A DNA stretch of 64,000 bases from an uncultured Candidatus Binatia bacterium (GTDB lineage Bacteria; Desulfobacterota; Binatia; UBA9968; JAJDTQ01). Location: the NCBI GenBank assembly GCA_965215605.1, contig OZ244070.1, positions 2,912,001-2,976,000 on the forward strand, written 5' to 3'. The notes under the pieces are model-generated. The model worked only from the letters and a program-made list of their open reading frames with translations, did no database searches and was not told where the DNA came from. The translations under genes were made by a program, and so were the position numbers. Each line of letters begins with the position of its first letter. Position 1 is the first letter of the stretch. This document shows positions 1 to 9,739 of the stretch, in pieces.

Positions 1-880
1 CCACGGCTTCCCCGCGCAGCCACGACCACAGGCTTCCGGTCTCGTTGTCGCGCAGCAGCACGTTGCCGTCGGCGTCCTTGCGTTCCGACCGCGTGAACGT
101 CAACACCCGTCCGTCGAGCTCCCGGCGCCAGGCAGTGCCCGTGGCGTCGCCTGGCGAGTAGTACACCACCACCTTCGCCCCGTTGAACTCGTCGTTGACC
201 AGGTTCTTTCGTGCCAGCATCCCGTAGGGGTAAAGCTTGGCCTTGAGTTTCACCACCACCGCAAGTCCGAGGATGTCGCTCTGGAAGGGGCCGACGTAGG
301 TCCCCATGAACCCGCCCCGGCGGTAGCCGGGCAGCACACGGGTGTCGGGATAGCTCTTCTTCCAGTTGGCCCAGGACGTCACCGTGGACGGCATGAAGTC
401 CAGCCGCTTGCCCTTGAGGGGTCCGTGCGCCGCCTCGCCCGTGACGTGGACCCACAGCGATTCCGTCTGCCGGTCGTACATGATGAACGATTGTTCGTAG
501 AGAATGCCCGCGTGCCCGAAGCTCAGCACCTTGTCGTCGAGTTTGCGTCTATACACGATAGACGTCTGGCACAGGGGTCACCAGGAGACCGCGATGGGCA
601 CCCCTCCGATGGTGTCGTTGCCGAGTTCGTGGACGCCCATGATGGTGATGGGGTACGCCTTGGCCTCGCCGTTGTGGGCCACGCCGATGATCACGTCCCG
701 GTCGAAGATGACCTGCTGCTTTTCCGCTTCCGCGGCGCTCAGCATCTGGGGGTCGTCGAAGACCGGAAATGCGTCCCGGGGCACGGCCTGGTAGCCGATG
801 GGCGGTCCCGCGGCCGTCGCCGCCGCCACAGTGGTCAGCATGATGACGGCCAACCAGGCCGCCGCTGATTTTCGGAGCAT
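1..880 (-). CDS. DUF3179-family secreted (seleno)protein, 3' end runs off the window; in-frame UGA at 578-580 likely Sec
   Basis: Signal peptide, then AKAYP..HE..ND motifs. The frame stays open after TGA (SW-U-PLCQTSIVY...FGHAGILYEQSFIMYDRQTESLW...) to position 1, matching the DUF3179 CPLC/LYxxNxxMYDRxTxSxW pattern. Confidence 0.85.
546..564 (-). promoter_or_regulatory. Putative bacterial SECIS hairpin
   Basis: Perfect 7-bp stem CGTCTAT/ATAGACG with loop CGTGT (GU at loop positions 2-3); the loop starts 20 nt after the UGA. Confidence 0.7.
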
Positions 881-972
881 GGGTTCACCTCGTTTCTGTC
901 ATGTCAGGGCTCAACGACCACCGATCATCCTGCATCCATTATCTACCATTACCGCACCGGAGGCCACCGGGC

Positions 973-1704
973 TCACTTGCGGTGGAACCCCAGGGTCTCT
1001 CCGGTGATGTAGTCGCTGTCGCCGGAGGCGAAGAAGACGAACGCGGGGGCCACGGCCTCGGGCGGGACCGGACTCGGCCGGGCTCCGGGAATCCCTTCGC
1101 GCTCCCGGAACTCGGCGATGGCGTCGGTCATGCGCGTGTCCGCCACCGGCGAGATGCAATTGACCTGGATGTTGTGGGGCTTCATCTCGTTGGCGACGTT
1201 GAAGGTCAACGTGATGATGCCGCCCTTGGCGCTGGCGTAGTCGGATACGCCGTTGGACGGCCGCAACGCGGCCGGCCCGATCAGGTTGATGATCTTGCCC
1301 GACCGTTGCCGCTTCATGATGGGCAGCACCGCCTGCATGCCGTTGAAGGTGCCCTTGAGATGGACCCGCATGGTCTCGTCCCACTGCTCCTCGGTGATGT
1401 CCTCGAACCGCTTGAGCGTGAGGATCCCCGCGTTGTTGACGAGCACGTCGATGCGGCCCCAACGTTCCTCCACTTCCCGCACCAACCGGTCCACGGCCGG
1501 CCGCCGGCCGACGTCCACCAGCCGCGCGATGCTTTCGGCGCCCAGGGCCGAGAGCTCGTCCTGGACCGAGTCGAGGGCGGCCCGATCCCGGACGCCGGCC
1601 ACGGCCAGGATGGCGCCCTCCCGGGCGAAGGCCAGCGCCACCGCCCGGCCGATGCCGCGGCTGGCGCCGGTGATGATGGCGACCTTTCCCTCAAGCCTGC
1701 CCAC
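973..1704 (-). CDS. SDR-family oxidoreductase (FabG-like)
   Basis: TGASRGIG, NNAG and YASAK motifs. Confidence 0.9.
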   Translation of the reverse strand: MGRLEGKVAIITGASRGIGRAVALAFAREGAILAVAGVRDRAALDSVQDELSALGAESIARLVDVGRRPAVDRLVREVEERWGRIDVLVNNAGILTLKRFEDITEEQWDETMRVHLKGTFNGMQAVLPIMKRQRSGKIINLIGPAALRPSNGVSDYASAKGGIITLTFNVANEMKPHNIQVNCISPVADTRMTDAIAEFREREGIPGARPSPVPPEAVAPAFVFFASGDSDYITGETLGFHRK

Positions 1705-3070
1705 GTGCCTCGCTCCCGGCCCGCGCCAGCTCGTTCACGGTCTCCGCCAGCCGCCGGCACAACTCCGGCAGGTCGTCGCTCTCCACGCTGCAGAAGGCGA
1801 TACGGAGCCCGTTCATGGCATCGCTCTCGAACGGCACGGTTCCGATGCCGTGTTCGTCGAGCAGGCGGTCGGCGACGTCCGATGCCCGGAGCCCCGACTC
1901 CGGCCGCAGGTTCACGAAGCAGAAGAAGCCGCCCTGAAACGGATCCACGGTAACGAGATCGGTATCGATCCTGCCGAGCTCGTCCTTCAGGGTCTGGTAC
2001 CGCCCTTTCAGGAGCTCGAAGGCCCGGCGCCGTTCGATCATCAGCCGTTCCATCTGCGCCATGGTCTTGGTGGCCACGGCCTGGGTCACCGTCGAGTTGC
2101 TGGAGAAGAGGCCCCGGTTGATGCCGCTGAACTTGTTGTCGAGCTCGGACGCCACGGCTTCGGCGTCGTCCGGGGAGAGCCACTCGTCGGGACGGGCGAG
2201 CGTGATGGTGCCCGCCCGTGCGCCGTACCAGAGCAGCTCCTTGGTCACGCCGTCCAGCTTCACCGGCAGAAGGTTCGGCCGCGGCCGGCACCGGTAGAAC
2301 AGCGACGACTGCACGGCGGCGGGATCGTAGACGTAGCTCTCGTAGGCGTCGTCGAACATCACCACCAGGCGCTTGGCGGTCCCTTCCACGAGATGCTCCA
2401 ACGATGCCACCAGCCGCCGCCCGGCGGCGGCGGACGGACAGAAGCCGGTGGGGTTGTTGGGGAAGTTGAGCAGCACCGCCGCGTTGTCCTGCTCGGACCA
2501 AACCCGTTGGATAGCCGAGACGAGCCCCGCCACGTTCAGGTCGCCGTCGTCGAGCAGCGGGAAATCGGTGATCCGGAGGCCGAGGTTGGCCGCGAGCACG
2601 TGGTCGTAGTTCTCCCAACGCCGGTCGGCCGTGATGATGGGCCGGCCGGGATCCACGAACATCCGCGCCGCAATGCTGATGGCCGCGGTGATCCCTGGCG
2701 TGAGGAACGGCTGATGCAGTTGTCGTTCGAGCCGCTCGGCCTCATCCCCCGCCCGCGCCAGGATCCACTTCCGCCATGCCGAACGGAAAGCGGGAGTGCC
2801 CGTTTCCGGCGTGTACGGAAAGATCTCCTCGGTGTCCAGATCCGGAAAGAAAGAGTGCACCAGGGGCGCGCAGAGCGTGATCTCGCGCTCTCCGCCGTCG
2901 GGGTAGACCGTTTTCTCCGGCCCTCGGGCGGACCCGATGGTGGCATTGATCCGGGCCTTGGCCTTGGCCTTGCGGGTCCAGTGCAGGATGCCCTGAGGGT
3001 TGTAGATCGTCTTTCCGAACGCGGAGAAGAACTCCAGGGCTCCGGTCCGGGACAGCGCGGGAAAATCCAT
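1691..3070 (-). CDS. PLP-dependent aminotransferase class I/II
   Basis: INATIG, NFPNNPTG, DDAY, KLDGVTK and GLRIAF motifs. Confidence 0.88.
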   Translation of the reverse strand: MDFPALSRTGALEFFSAFGKTIYNPQGILHWTRKAKAKARINATIGSARGPEKTVYPDGGEREITLCAPLVHSFFPDLDTEEIFPYTPETGTPAFRSAWRKWILARAGDEAERLERQLHQPFLTPGITAAISIAARMFVDPGRPIITADRRWENYDHVLAANLGLRITDFPLLDDGDLNVAGLVSAIQRVWSEQDNAAVLLNFPNNPTGFCPSAAAGRRLVASLEHLVEGTAKRLVVMFDDAYESYVYDPAAVQSSLFYRCRPRPNLLPVKLDGVTKELLWYGARAGTITLARPDEWLSPDDAEAVASELDNKFSGINRGLFSSNSTVTQAVATKTMAQMERLMIERRRAFELLKGRYQTLKDELGRIDTDLVTVDPFQGGFFCFVNLRPESGLRASDVADRLLDEHGIGTVPFESDAMNGLRIAFCSVESDDLPELCRRLAETVNELARAGSEARGQA

Positions 3071-3136
3071 CGGTTGCCTCGATTCTCAACAGCGCGGGAA
3101 AGACGCCGGGCCATCTCGCGTTGCCGTGTGACGCGG

Positions 3137-3940
3137 TTAGGCGAAGGCCCGGTCCAGGCGGGCCATGTCTTCAGCGGACAGACGCCAATCGGACGCGCCG
3201 CAGTTCTCGGCGGTCCGGGAGACGCTGTCGGACTTCGGGATGGCGATGACGTTGTCGTGGGAGATGCACCAGTTCAGCGCCACCTCGGCGGCTGTTTTCC
3301 GGGTCTGTCCGGCGATCTCCTGGAGCGCCTTCGTGCCCCGCGACGAGAACAGGCCGCCGCCGGTCACCAGCTTGCCGCTGTCCAGCGGCGTGTAGGCGAT
3401 GATGGTGACCGCGTTTGCCTGGCAGTAGGGGAGCAGGGTCCGCTCGATCTCGCGCCGCCGTAGGTTGTACAGCACCTGATTCGACACGATGGGGTGGTGG
3501 TCCAGGGCGGCCTGGGCTTCCGCCATCTCCTTGGTGGAGAAGTTGCTCACGCCGATGTAGCGGACCCGGCCCGAATCCACCAGGGTTTCCATGGCCCGCA
3601 TGGTTTCCTGGATGGGAGTGCTGGGGCTCGGCCAGTGAACCTGGTAGAGGTCGATGGTGTCCACATCCAGCCGCCGAAGGCTGGCGTCCGCGGCCCGGAG
3701 CACCTGGTCGTATCCCAGATGGTCGCCGGATACCTTGCTGGCGATGAACACCCGCTCGCGCATGCCCCGCACCGCTTCCCCCACCACGTCCTCGGTCCGG
3801 TACATCTCGGCCGTGTCGATGAGGTTGGCGCCCAATCCGATGCCGTGCCGGAGGGGCTCGACTCCGCCCCGGTACTGCCAGACTCCCAAGCCGATCTCGG
3901 GGACCTGGACGTCCGTGCCACCGAGTTGTTTCGTCTTCAT
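3137..3940 (-). CDS. Aldo/keto reductase
   Basis: IDTAEMY, IDLYQVHWP, IGVSNF and IPKS motifs. Confidence 0.93.
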   Translation of the reverse strand: MKTKQLGGTDVQVPEIGLGVWQYRGGVEPLRHGIGLGANLIDTAEMYRTEDVVGEAVRGMRERVFIASKVSGDHLGYDQVLRAADASLRRLDVDTIDLYQVHWPSPSTPIQETMRAMETLVDSGRVRYIGVSNFSTKEMAEAQAALDHHPIVSNQVLYNLRRREIERTLLPYCQANAVTIIAYTPLDSGKLVTGGGLFSSRGTKALQEIAGQTRKTAAEVALNWCISHDNVIAIPKSDSVSRTAENCGASDWRLSAEDMARLDRAFA

Positions 3941-4054
3941 GAGGTGCCCGTCATGGAGTCCCGGAGGAATCGGTGTATTGGGTGGAACGGTACGCGTCGA
4001 TGCTGCACGGGAGGCGACGGACAGGTCGCGGAAGGGTGAGTGCGGGACCGGCCA

Positions 4055-4357
4055 CTAGGCGTTGGTGGTGGCGCTGTCGCCGGACGATGACTTCTCGGAG
4101 GTCTTGCTCTCCTTGGACTTGCCGGTGTCGGAGGTCTCCTTGCCTTCGTTGCCTTCTTTCTTGTCTCCGTTGGAACCCTTTCCCCGTCCGTAGTCGGTGA
4201 TGTACCAACCGGTGCCCTTGAGTTGGAAGGACGTGCTGGAGATGAGCTTCTGCACCTTGGCCCGGCAGGCCGGACACTTCTCCAGCGGATCCTCCGTGAT
4301 CCTCTGGGTCACCTCGAACACGCCGCATTTCGAACAGTTGTACTCGTAGATGGGCAT
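4055..4357 (-). CDS. FmdB-family zinc-ribbon protein
   Basis: [12 protein letters not shown]...CPAC...[13 protein letters not shown], with a low-complexity S/K/E tail; start reassigned to ATG 4357. Confidence 0.88.
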   Translation of the reverse strand: MPIYEYNCSKCGVFEVTQRITEDPLEKCPACRAKVQKLISSTSFQLKGTGWYITDYGRGKGSNGDKKEGNEGKETSDTGKSKESKTSEKSSSGDSATTNA

Positions 4358-4547
4358 ACGCTGGCCTCGCGCGGATAGGGGTGGGTTATCGGAAACATAA
4401 ACACTGCCCGGCCCGTTGTCAAACACGGTTGCCGGGGGCGGATGCAGCCGCCAGGCCGTGTCCGGGGCCGGCTTGACCTTCGACCGGGCGCGGGCTTATG
4501 TTACGAGCCATCTCTCAGCCCGACCGACGCCAGACAAGGAGGAAGGA

Positions 4548-5717
4548 ATGGACTTCGAGCTTCCCGAAGAGATCAAGATCATCAAGAAGACCATGCGCGA
4601 TTTCGTGGAGCGGGAGCTGATCCCGCTGGAGCGGGAGTTTCGCCCGGAGGGCGAGGAGATGCCCGAGGAGCTCTACAAGCCGCTCCAGGAAAAGGCCCGG
4701 GCCCTGGGTTTCTGGATGCTGGACGTGCCCGAGGAGTACGGCGGCGCCGGGCTCGACCTGCTGACGCGCTGCGTGATCCAGGAGGAAGTGTCCCGGACCA
4801 TCTCCATCCCCTTCCGCAACAATCCGATCTTCGGCCCGGAGGCGCGCGGCATCCTGTTCGAGCTCAACGACGAGCAGAAGGAGCGCTACCTCTACCCGGT
4901 GCTCCGGGGCGAGAAGACCGCCTGCTTCGCCCAGACCGAGCCCGACGCCGGCGGCGACCCTGCGGGCATGAAGACCCGGGCGGTGCTGGACGGCGACCAT
5001 TGGGTGTTGAACGGCACCAAGCGGTTCATCAGCAACGCGGGCTTCTCCGACTTCGCCCAAGTCATGGCGGTGACCGACCCGGAGAAACGCGCCCGGGGCG
5101 GCATCTCCACCTTTCTCGTGGACATGGATACCCCCGGCGTCACCATCGAGCGGCGCTGGCCCACGATGATGGGCGACGCCCCGTTCCAGATTCTCTTCGA
5201 GAACGCCCGGATACCGGCGTCCAACCTCGTGGGCGAGGCGGGGCAGGGCTTCCGGCTGGCCCAGGGCTGGCTCCAGGAGGGGCGCGTCAAGGGCCACGGC
5301 GCCCGCTGCATCGGCATCGCCGAGCGCGCCCTGGACATGATGATGGACTACTGCCAGATCCGCACCACCTTCGGCCAGCCGCTGTCGGAACGGCAGGCGG
5401 TCCAGTTCATGGTCGCCGACTCGGTCATGGAACTGCACATGGCCCGCAACCTGGTCTACGAATGCGCCTGGCGCCACGACCGCGGTGAGGACGTCCGCAA
5501 CCTGGCCTACATGGTCAAGTGTACGTGCACGGAGATGGCCAGCCGGGTGGTGGACCGCTCCATCCAGGTCCACGGCGGCATCGGCCTCACCAAGGAACTG
5601 CCGCTGGAGTGGTGGTACCGCCAGTTGCGCAGCATCCGCATCACCGAAGGCGCCACCGAGGTGTTGCGCTGGCGCATGGCCCAGAACCTGCTGCGCGCCC
5701 GCGCCAAGGGCCAATGA
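4548..5717 (+). CDS. Acyl-CoA dehydrogenase
   Basis: MDFELPEE start after GGAGG; FAQTEPDAGGD, NGTKRFIS, QVHGGIG and ITEGATE motifs. Confidence 0.93.
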   Translation: MDFELPEEIKIIKKTMRDFVERELIPLEREFRPEGEEMPEELYKPLQEKARALGFWMLDVPEEYGGAGLDLLTRCVIQEEVSRTISIPFRNNPIFGPEARGILFELNDEQKERYLYPVLRGEKTACFAQTEPDAGGDPAGMKTRAVLDGDHWVLNGTKRFISNAGFSDFAQVMAVTDPEKRARGGISTFLVDMDTPGVTIERRWPTMMGDAPFQILFENARIPASNLVGEAGQGFRLAQGWLQEGRVKGHGARCIGIAERALDMMMDYCQIRTTFGQPLSERQAVQFMVADSVMELHMARNLVYECAWRHDRGEDVRNLAYMVKCTCTEMASRVVDRSIQVHGGIGLTKELPLEWWYRQLRSIRITEGATEVLRWRMAQNLLRARAKGQ

Positions 5718-6910
5718 GCGGAGAGTCGCTGCTTTCCGGATTCCGGGTGCTGGACCTCGGCACCGCCATGGGCGCCTTCTGCGGCAAGGTGCTGGCGGAT
5801 CTCGGCATGGACGTGGTGAAGGTCGAGCCGCCGTCGGGGGATGACCTCCGCACCGAGCCGCCCTTTGCCAAGGGACACAGCAACCGGGAGGGCAGCCTCC
5901 GGTTCGCCTACTTCAACTCCGGCAAGCGCGGCATCACCCTGGACCTGTCCCGGGAAACCGGGCGCCGCATCCTGCTGGACCTCGTGGAACAGGCAGACGT
6001 GGTCATCGACAGCCACGAGCCCGGCTACCTGGACGACCTGGGGATCGGCTACGGCGAGATGGTGGCGCGCCGCCCCAGGCTGGTGCTGGTCTCCATCTCC
6101 GCCTTCGGGCAGGACGGCCCCTACCGCGACTACCGGGCGCCGGACCTGGTGGCCAACGCCATGGGCGGGCTGCTCTTCATCAGCGGCGACCCCAGCATGA
6201 CGCCGTGCGTGCCTCCCGGCGGCCAGTCCTACGTCTACACCAGTCTCTATTCCGCCCTGGGAACCCTGCTGGCCCTCTGGCAGCGGGAGACCAAGGGCTT
6301 GGGCGCGCATATCGATGCCTCGGTGCAGGCCAGCATGGCGCTCCACGAGCACGTGGCCTTCACCTGGTCGTCGGAGGGGCGTCTCATGAAGCGCGCCGGC
6401 AGCCAGCACCAGCACGTGGCCCCCGCCAACCTGTTCCCGTGCAAGGACGGCTGGATCTCGTTCTTCGCCACCCAGCGGCACTGGCCCATCTTTCTCGACA
6501 TGTGGGAAGGGCATCCGACGGAGCTGGACGACCCGGAGCTACTGGTCAACCTGAACCGGCGCGCGGCCGCGGACTGGCTGAACCCCATGGTGGCGTCGTT
6601 CACCTCCCGGTACGGCAAGGAGGAGCTGTCCGTGCTGCTCCAGAAGCACGGCCTTCCGGCGCTCCCGGTGAACTCGCCGCGGGACTTCATGGAGGACCCG
6701 CACATCGTGGAGCGGGGTTTCTTCGGCACGGTGTCGCACCCGGTGCTGGGCTCCTTCTCCCAGCCTGGGGTGCCGTTCCTGCTGGACGGCGAGCGCCGCG
6801 GGCCACGGCCCGCGCCCATGCTGGGCCAGCACAACGCGGAGGTTCTTGGCGGCGACCTCGGGTTGAGCGAGGAGGACATGGGGGTGCTGGCCGCGGAGGG
6901 GGTCATCTGA
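5714..6910 (+). CDS. Class III (CaiB/BaiF) CoA-transferase, subunit apparently lacking the catalytic Asp
   Basis: RVLDL, VVKVEPPSGD, NSGKRGITLDL, FGQDGPY and APMLGQH motifs; ATGA overlap with the upstream gene. Confidence 0.9.
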   Translation: MSGESLLSGFRVLDLGTAMGAFCGKVLADLGMDVVKVEPPSGDDLRTEPPFAKGHSNREGSLRFAYFNSGKRGITLDLSRETGRRILLDLVEQADVVIDSHEPGYLDDLGIGYGEMVARRPRLVLVSISAFGQDGPYRDYRAPDLVANAMGGLLFISGDPSMTPCVPPGGQSYVYTSLYSALGTLLALWQRETKGLGAHIDASVQASMALHEHVAFTWSSEGRLMKRAGSQHQHVAPANLFPCKDGWISFFATQRHWPIFLDMWEGHPTELDDPELLVNLNRRAAADWLNPMVASFTSRYGKEELSVLLQKHGLPALPVNSPRDFMEDPHIVERGFFGTVSHPVLGSFSQPGVPFLLDGERRGPRPAPMLGQHNAEVLGGDLGLSEEDMGVLAAEGVI

Positions 6911-8124
6911 TGCCCAGTCCCAACAGGATACTCGAAGGCGTCCGGATCATCGCGTTCACCACCGGATACGCCGGACCCTATGCCGGCCGGCTGCTGGCCC
7001 AGTACGGCGCCGAGGTCATCAAGGTGGAGTCGTACCCCGGCGGCCTCGACACCTTCCGGCACTACGGCGCGGCGGGCGACATCAACGCCGCGCCGCGCTT
7101 CATCGAGTGCAACCTGGCCATCCGCTCCATGACCGTCAACATCAAGCACGACGACGGAAAGCGGATCATCAAGGAGCTGGCGGCCAAGTCCAACGCGGTG
7201 CTGGTGAACTTCCGGCCCCAGGTGCTGGGCCGGCTCGGGCTCGGCGACGACGAACTCAGGAAGGTCAACCCATCCATCATCATCCTCAAGCTGCCGGGCC
7301 TCGGCGAGACCGGACCCAAGAACTGGTACGGCACCTGGGGGTTCAATCTCAATTCCTTCAGCGGCATGACCTACCTGTGGAACCATCCCGGACAGGACCG
7401 TCCCATCGGCAGCCAGGGCGTCTATCCCGACCATCTCGGCTTCATCTCCGCGCCCACCATCATGATGGCCGCGCTGCTTCGCCAGAAGCTCACCGGCAAG
7501 GGCTGCTCCATCGACGTGTCCCAGGGCGAGGTGACCGCCTATACCCTGGGCGCCAGCTACCTGGAGTCCAGCATCAACGGCGTCGATGCCGAGCCCCAGG
7601 GCAACCGGAGCCTCACCGCCGCCCCGCACGGCTGCTACCGTTGTGAGGGTGACGAGCGCTGGTGCGTGGTGTCGGTCAACAGCGACGACGAGTGGCGGCG
7701 GCTGTGCGGCGTCATGGGCAACGAGGCGCTGGCCGGCGACAGCCGCTTCGCCACCTGCGTCGAGCGGCGCCGCCATGGCGACGAGTTGGACGCCATCATG
7801 TCCGACTGGCTCGCCGCCCAGACCGTCGAGGACGTCGCCCACCGCCTGCAAGCCGCCGGGGTCCCGGCCGGAGTGGTGCAGAACGGCACCGACCTCTGCA
7901 ACGACCCCCAGCTCCGCCACCGGGACTACTTCCAGAAATACGACGACTCCCCCATCGGCCCCTTCGAGCTGCCCCGGGGCGGGATCATCTTCAAGGACCA
8001 GCCGGAGGAAGAAATCCCGCTCACCCCGAACCTCGGCGAGCACACTGAGCAGGTCATGCGGGATGTGCTCGGCTACGACGAAGCCGCCATCGGCAAGTGG
8101 AAGGAGGAGGGGGTGCTGGTGTAG
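6910..8124 (+). CDS. Class III CoA-transferase, catalytic-Asp subunit
   Basis: GAEVIKVES, NFRP, YPDH (Asp), APHGCYRC and PNLGEH motifs; TGATG coupling. Confidence 0.9.
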   Translation: MPSPNRILEGVRIIAFTTGYAGPYAGRLLAQYGAEVIKVESYPGGLDTFRHYGAAGDINAAPRFIECNLAIRSMTVNIKHDDGKRIIKELAAKSNAVLVNFRPQVLGRLGLGDDELRKVNPSIIILKLPGLGETGPKNWYGTWGFNLNSFSGMTYLWNHPGQDRPIGSQGVYPDHLGFISAPTIMMAALLRQKLTGKGCSIDVSQGEVTAYTLGASYLESSINGVDAEPQGNRSLTAAPHGCYRCEGDERWCVVSVNSDDEWRRLCGVMGNEALAGDSRFATCVERRRHGDELDAIMSDWLAAQTVEDVAHRLQAAGVPAGVVQNGTDLCNDPQLRHRDYFQKYDDSPIGPFELPRGGIIFKDQPEEEIPLTPNLGEHTEQVMRDVLGYDEAAIGKWKEEGVLV

Positions 8125-8202
8125 GTTTCGGCCGGCGCCATGGCCAAGCATTGACAGCGCTTGGGGCGTCTCCGGTGCGAGAGTCAACAACGATGCCCGA
8201 AC

Positions 8203-8289
8203 CCGTCATTCCGGCCAAAGCCGACACCCAGGGGGGAGGGGGGGAGACCGCAGCCCCCCTCTGGATTCCGGCTTTGGCCGGAATGACGG
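8203..8289. repeat. REP-like palindromic element with 21-bp perfect inverted arms
   Basis: CCGTCATTCCGGCCAAAGCCG (8203-8223) is the reverse complement of 8269-8289; lies between convergent genes. Confidence 0.85.
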
Positions 8290-8305
8290 TCGCGGGACTA
8301 TCGCG

Positions 8306-9541
8306 TCAATCCAGCTTTCGCGGTGAATCAGACAGTTCTTTCAAGTCCTGCTGCCAAGCGGAACTCTTACGCACGGCGTACCGGATGACGGGCAGGCTGC
8401 ACTTCAAGGCGATCATCAGGAAAACGATTGGGAACAGGATGTTCTTGATGATGATCGCAATCGAGAGTTCGACCATGCTCGTCACCATACCACTCGACTT
8501 GTCGACGATTGCCGTCACTTGGGAGTAGCCAATCTTGCTGGCGGCAGACAACTTCTCCCACAACGAATCACAGGTCTTGCCAGCCATACGTCTGTCGATA
8601 CATTGAAGATCGTTGTTGCGGCGATTAAGCTGCCTCTCGATGTTTTTGATGGCACGGCCGACTCCCTCCCGCCTTTCCATCGCGCGCGAGAGCTCTTCTC
8701 CGTGAGGGATACCGCCAAACACTTCGGGTATTCGGCCGCGCCAACCCTTCTCTTCATCGAGTTTCCGGATTTTATTGTCCATGCGCTGTGCCTCCTGCCG
8801 GCGCGATGCCAACCCGGTCTTCAGGGCGTCCAACGTCGCCAACGTCTCTTCCCTCCGAGTCAACAGATCCTGATCGCCTACGATCGGCAAACTCGGGTCT
8901 GCTCCGACATCAGCGCTCAAGGCTGACAAGCGGCCCTGGTGTTCCTGGATCGTTGTTCCGAGGAACATCTCAGCCGCCAGAACGCTGACGACGACGAACA
9001 CCGGGACGATAAAGCGAATGATGGCGCCGACGACGAAAATTCGGATGAGCAGGCCGCGACAGCAGGCCAAGCCCATCTCGGGAACCTGCAACCCGACAAG
9101 AACCAGAGCTCGACCCGGTACCCATGCCGAAGCGAGCAACACCGCGAACGTCGCTACACCGATGCAGAAGAAACTCCACTGAAAAACCGCCGTTGAAGTC
9201 ACTTCAAGTACCAAACGCTGGAGCAACAGCGAACCAATGGCCCAGACCATCATGGACGAGAGCCTTTCCACCGCATCGTTGAGCGGGTCGAGCAGTTCGC
9301 CAAACTGTACGGATGCTATGCCTATCGAGCCTTGGAAACTCTGTGCCATGGAAATGCCTGCATTGATGGTCCTGGACAACGCATAAATAACGGTGGATTC
9401 GGTTGTGGTTGCGTCAAGTTGATCGGCGGCGAAGCGATCCAATGCGCCGTGAAGGGAAAGCACCGCAAGGACGAGAAGGAAGGCGGCAAGCATCGCGTCT
9501 GCGGACGAGGTGAACTTCCAGTGCTGCCTGCTGTTGCTCAT
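8306..9541 (-). CDS. Hypothetical multi-pass membrane protein with a long coiled-coil insert
   Basis: Several hydrophobic helices, GELLDPLNDAVERLS segment and a heptad-rich region; AGGAGG upstream of ATG 9541; lower GC. Confidence 0.7.
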   Translation of the reverse strand: MSNSRQHWKFTSSADAMLAAFLLVLAVLSLHGALDRFAADQLDATTTESTVIYALSRTINAGISMAQSFQGSIGIASVQFGELLDPLNDAVERLSSMMVWAIGSLLLQRLVLEVTSTAVFQWSFFCIGVATFAVLLASAWVPGRALVLVGLQVPEMGLACCRGLLIRIFVVGAIIRFIVPVFVVVSVLAAEMFLGTTIQEHQGRLSALSADVGADPSLPIVGDQDLLTRREETLATLDALKTGLASRRQEAQRMDNKIRKLDEEKGWRGRIPEVFGGIPHGEELSRAMERREGVGRAIKNIERQLNRRNNDLQCIDRRMAGKTCDSLWEKLSAASKIGYSQVTAIVDKSSGMVTSMVELSIAIIIKNILFPIVFLMIALKCSLPVIRYAVRKSSAWQQDLKELSDSPRKLD

Positions 9542-9739
9542 TCGACTACCGAGACCTCCTTTCAGCCTTGAGAATGGCATCGTGGACCGGTAAGTCCCAA
9601 TCATCAAGTGAAGGAAGAAGAACAAGGTGGCCCTGCCGGTCGTTGGCGGGATGGCCGTACACGCGGAGGGATTGACTTGTTCCTGGACAAATTGCGAAGA
9701 TCCAGTGCTGCCACTGTCCAGACTCTTCGCAACCATGCG

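Noticed and set aside
4055-4190. Ser/Lys/Glu-rich repetitive tail as a RiPP precursor or repeat
   Set aside because: Typical disordered tail of FmdB-family proteins and far from the radical SAM gene.
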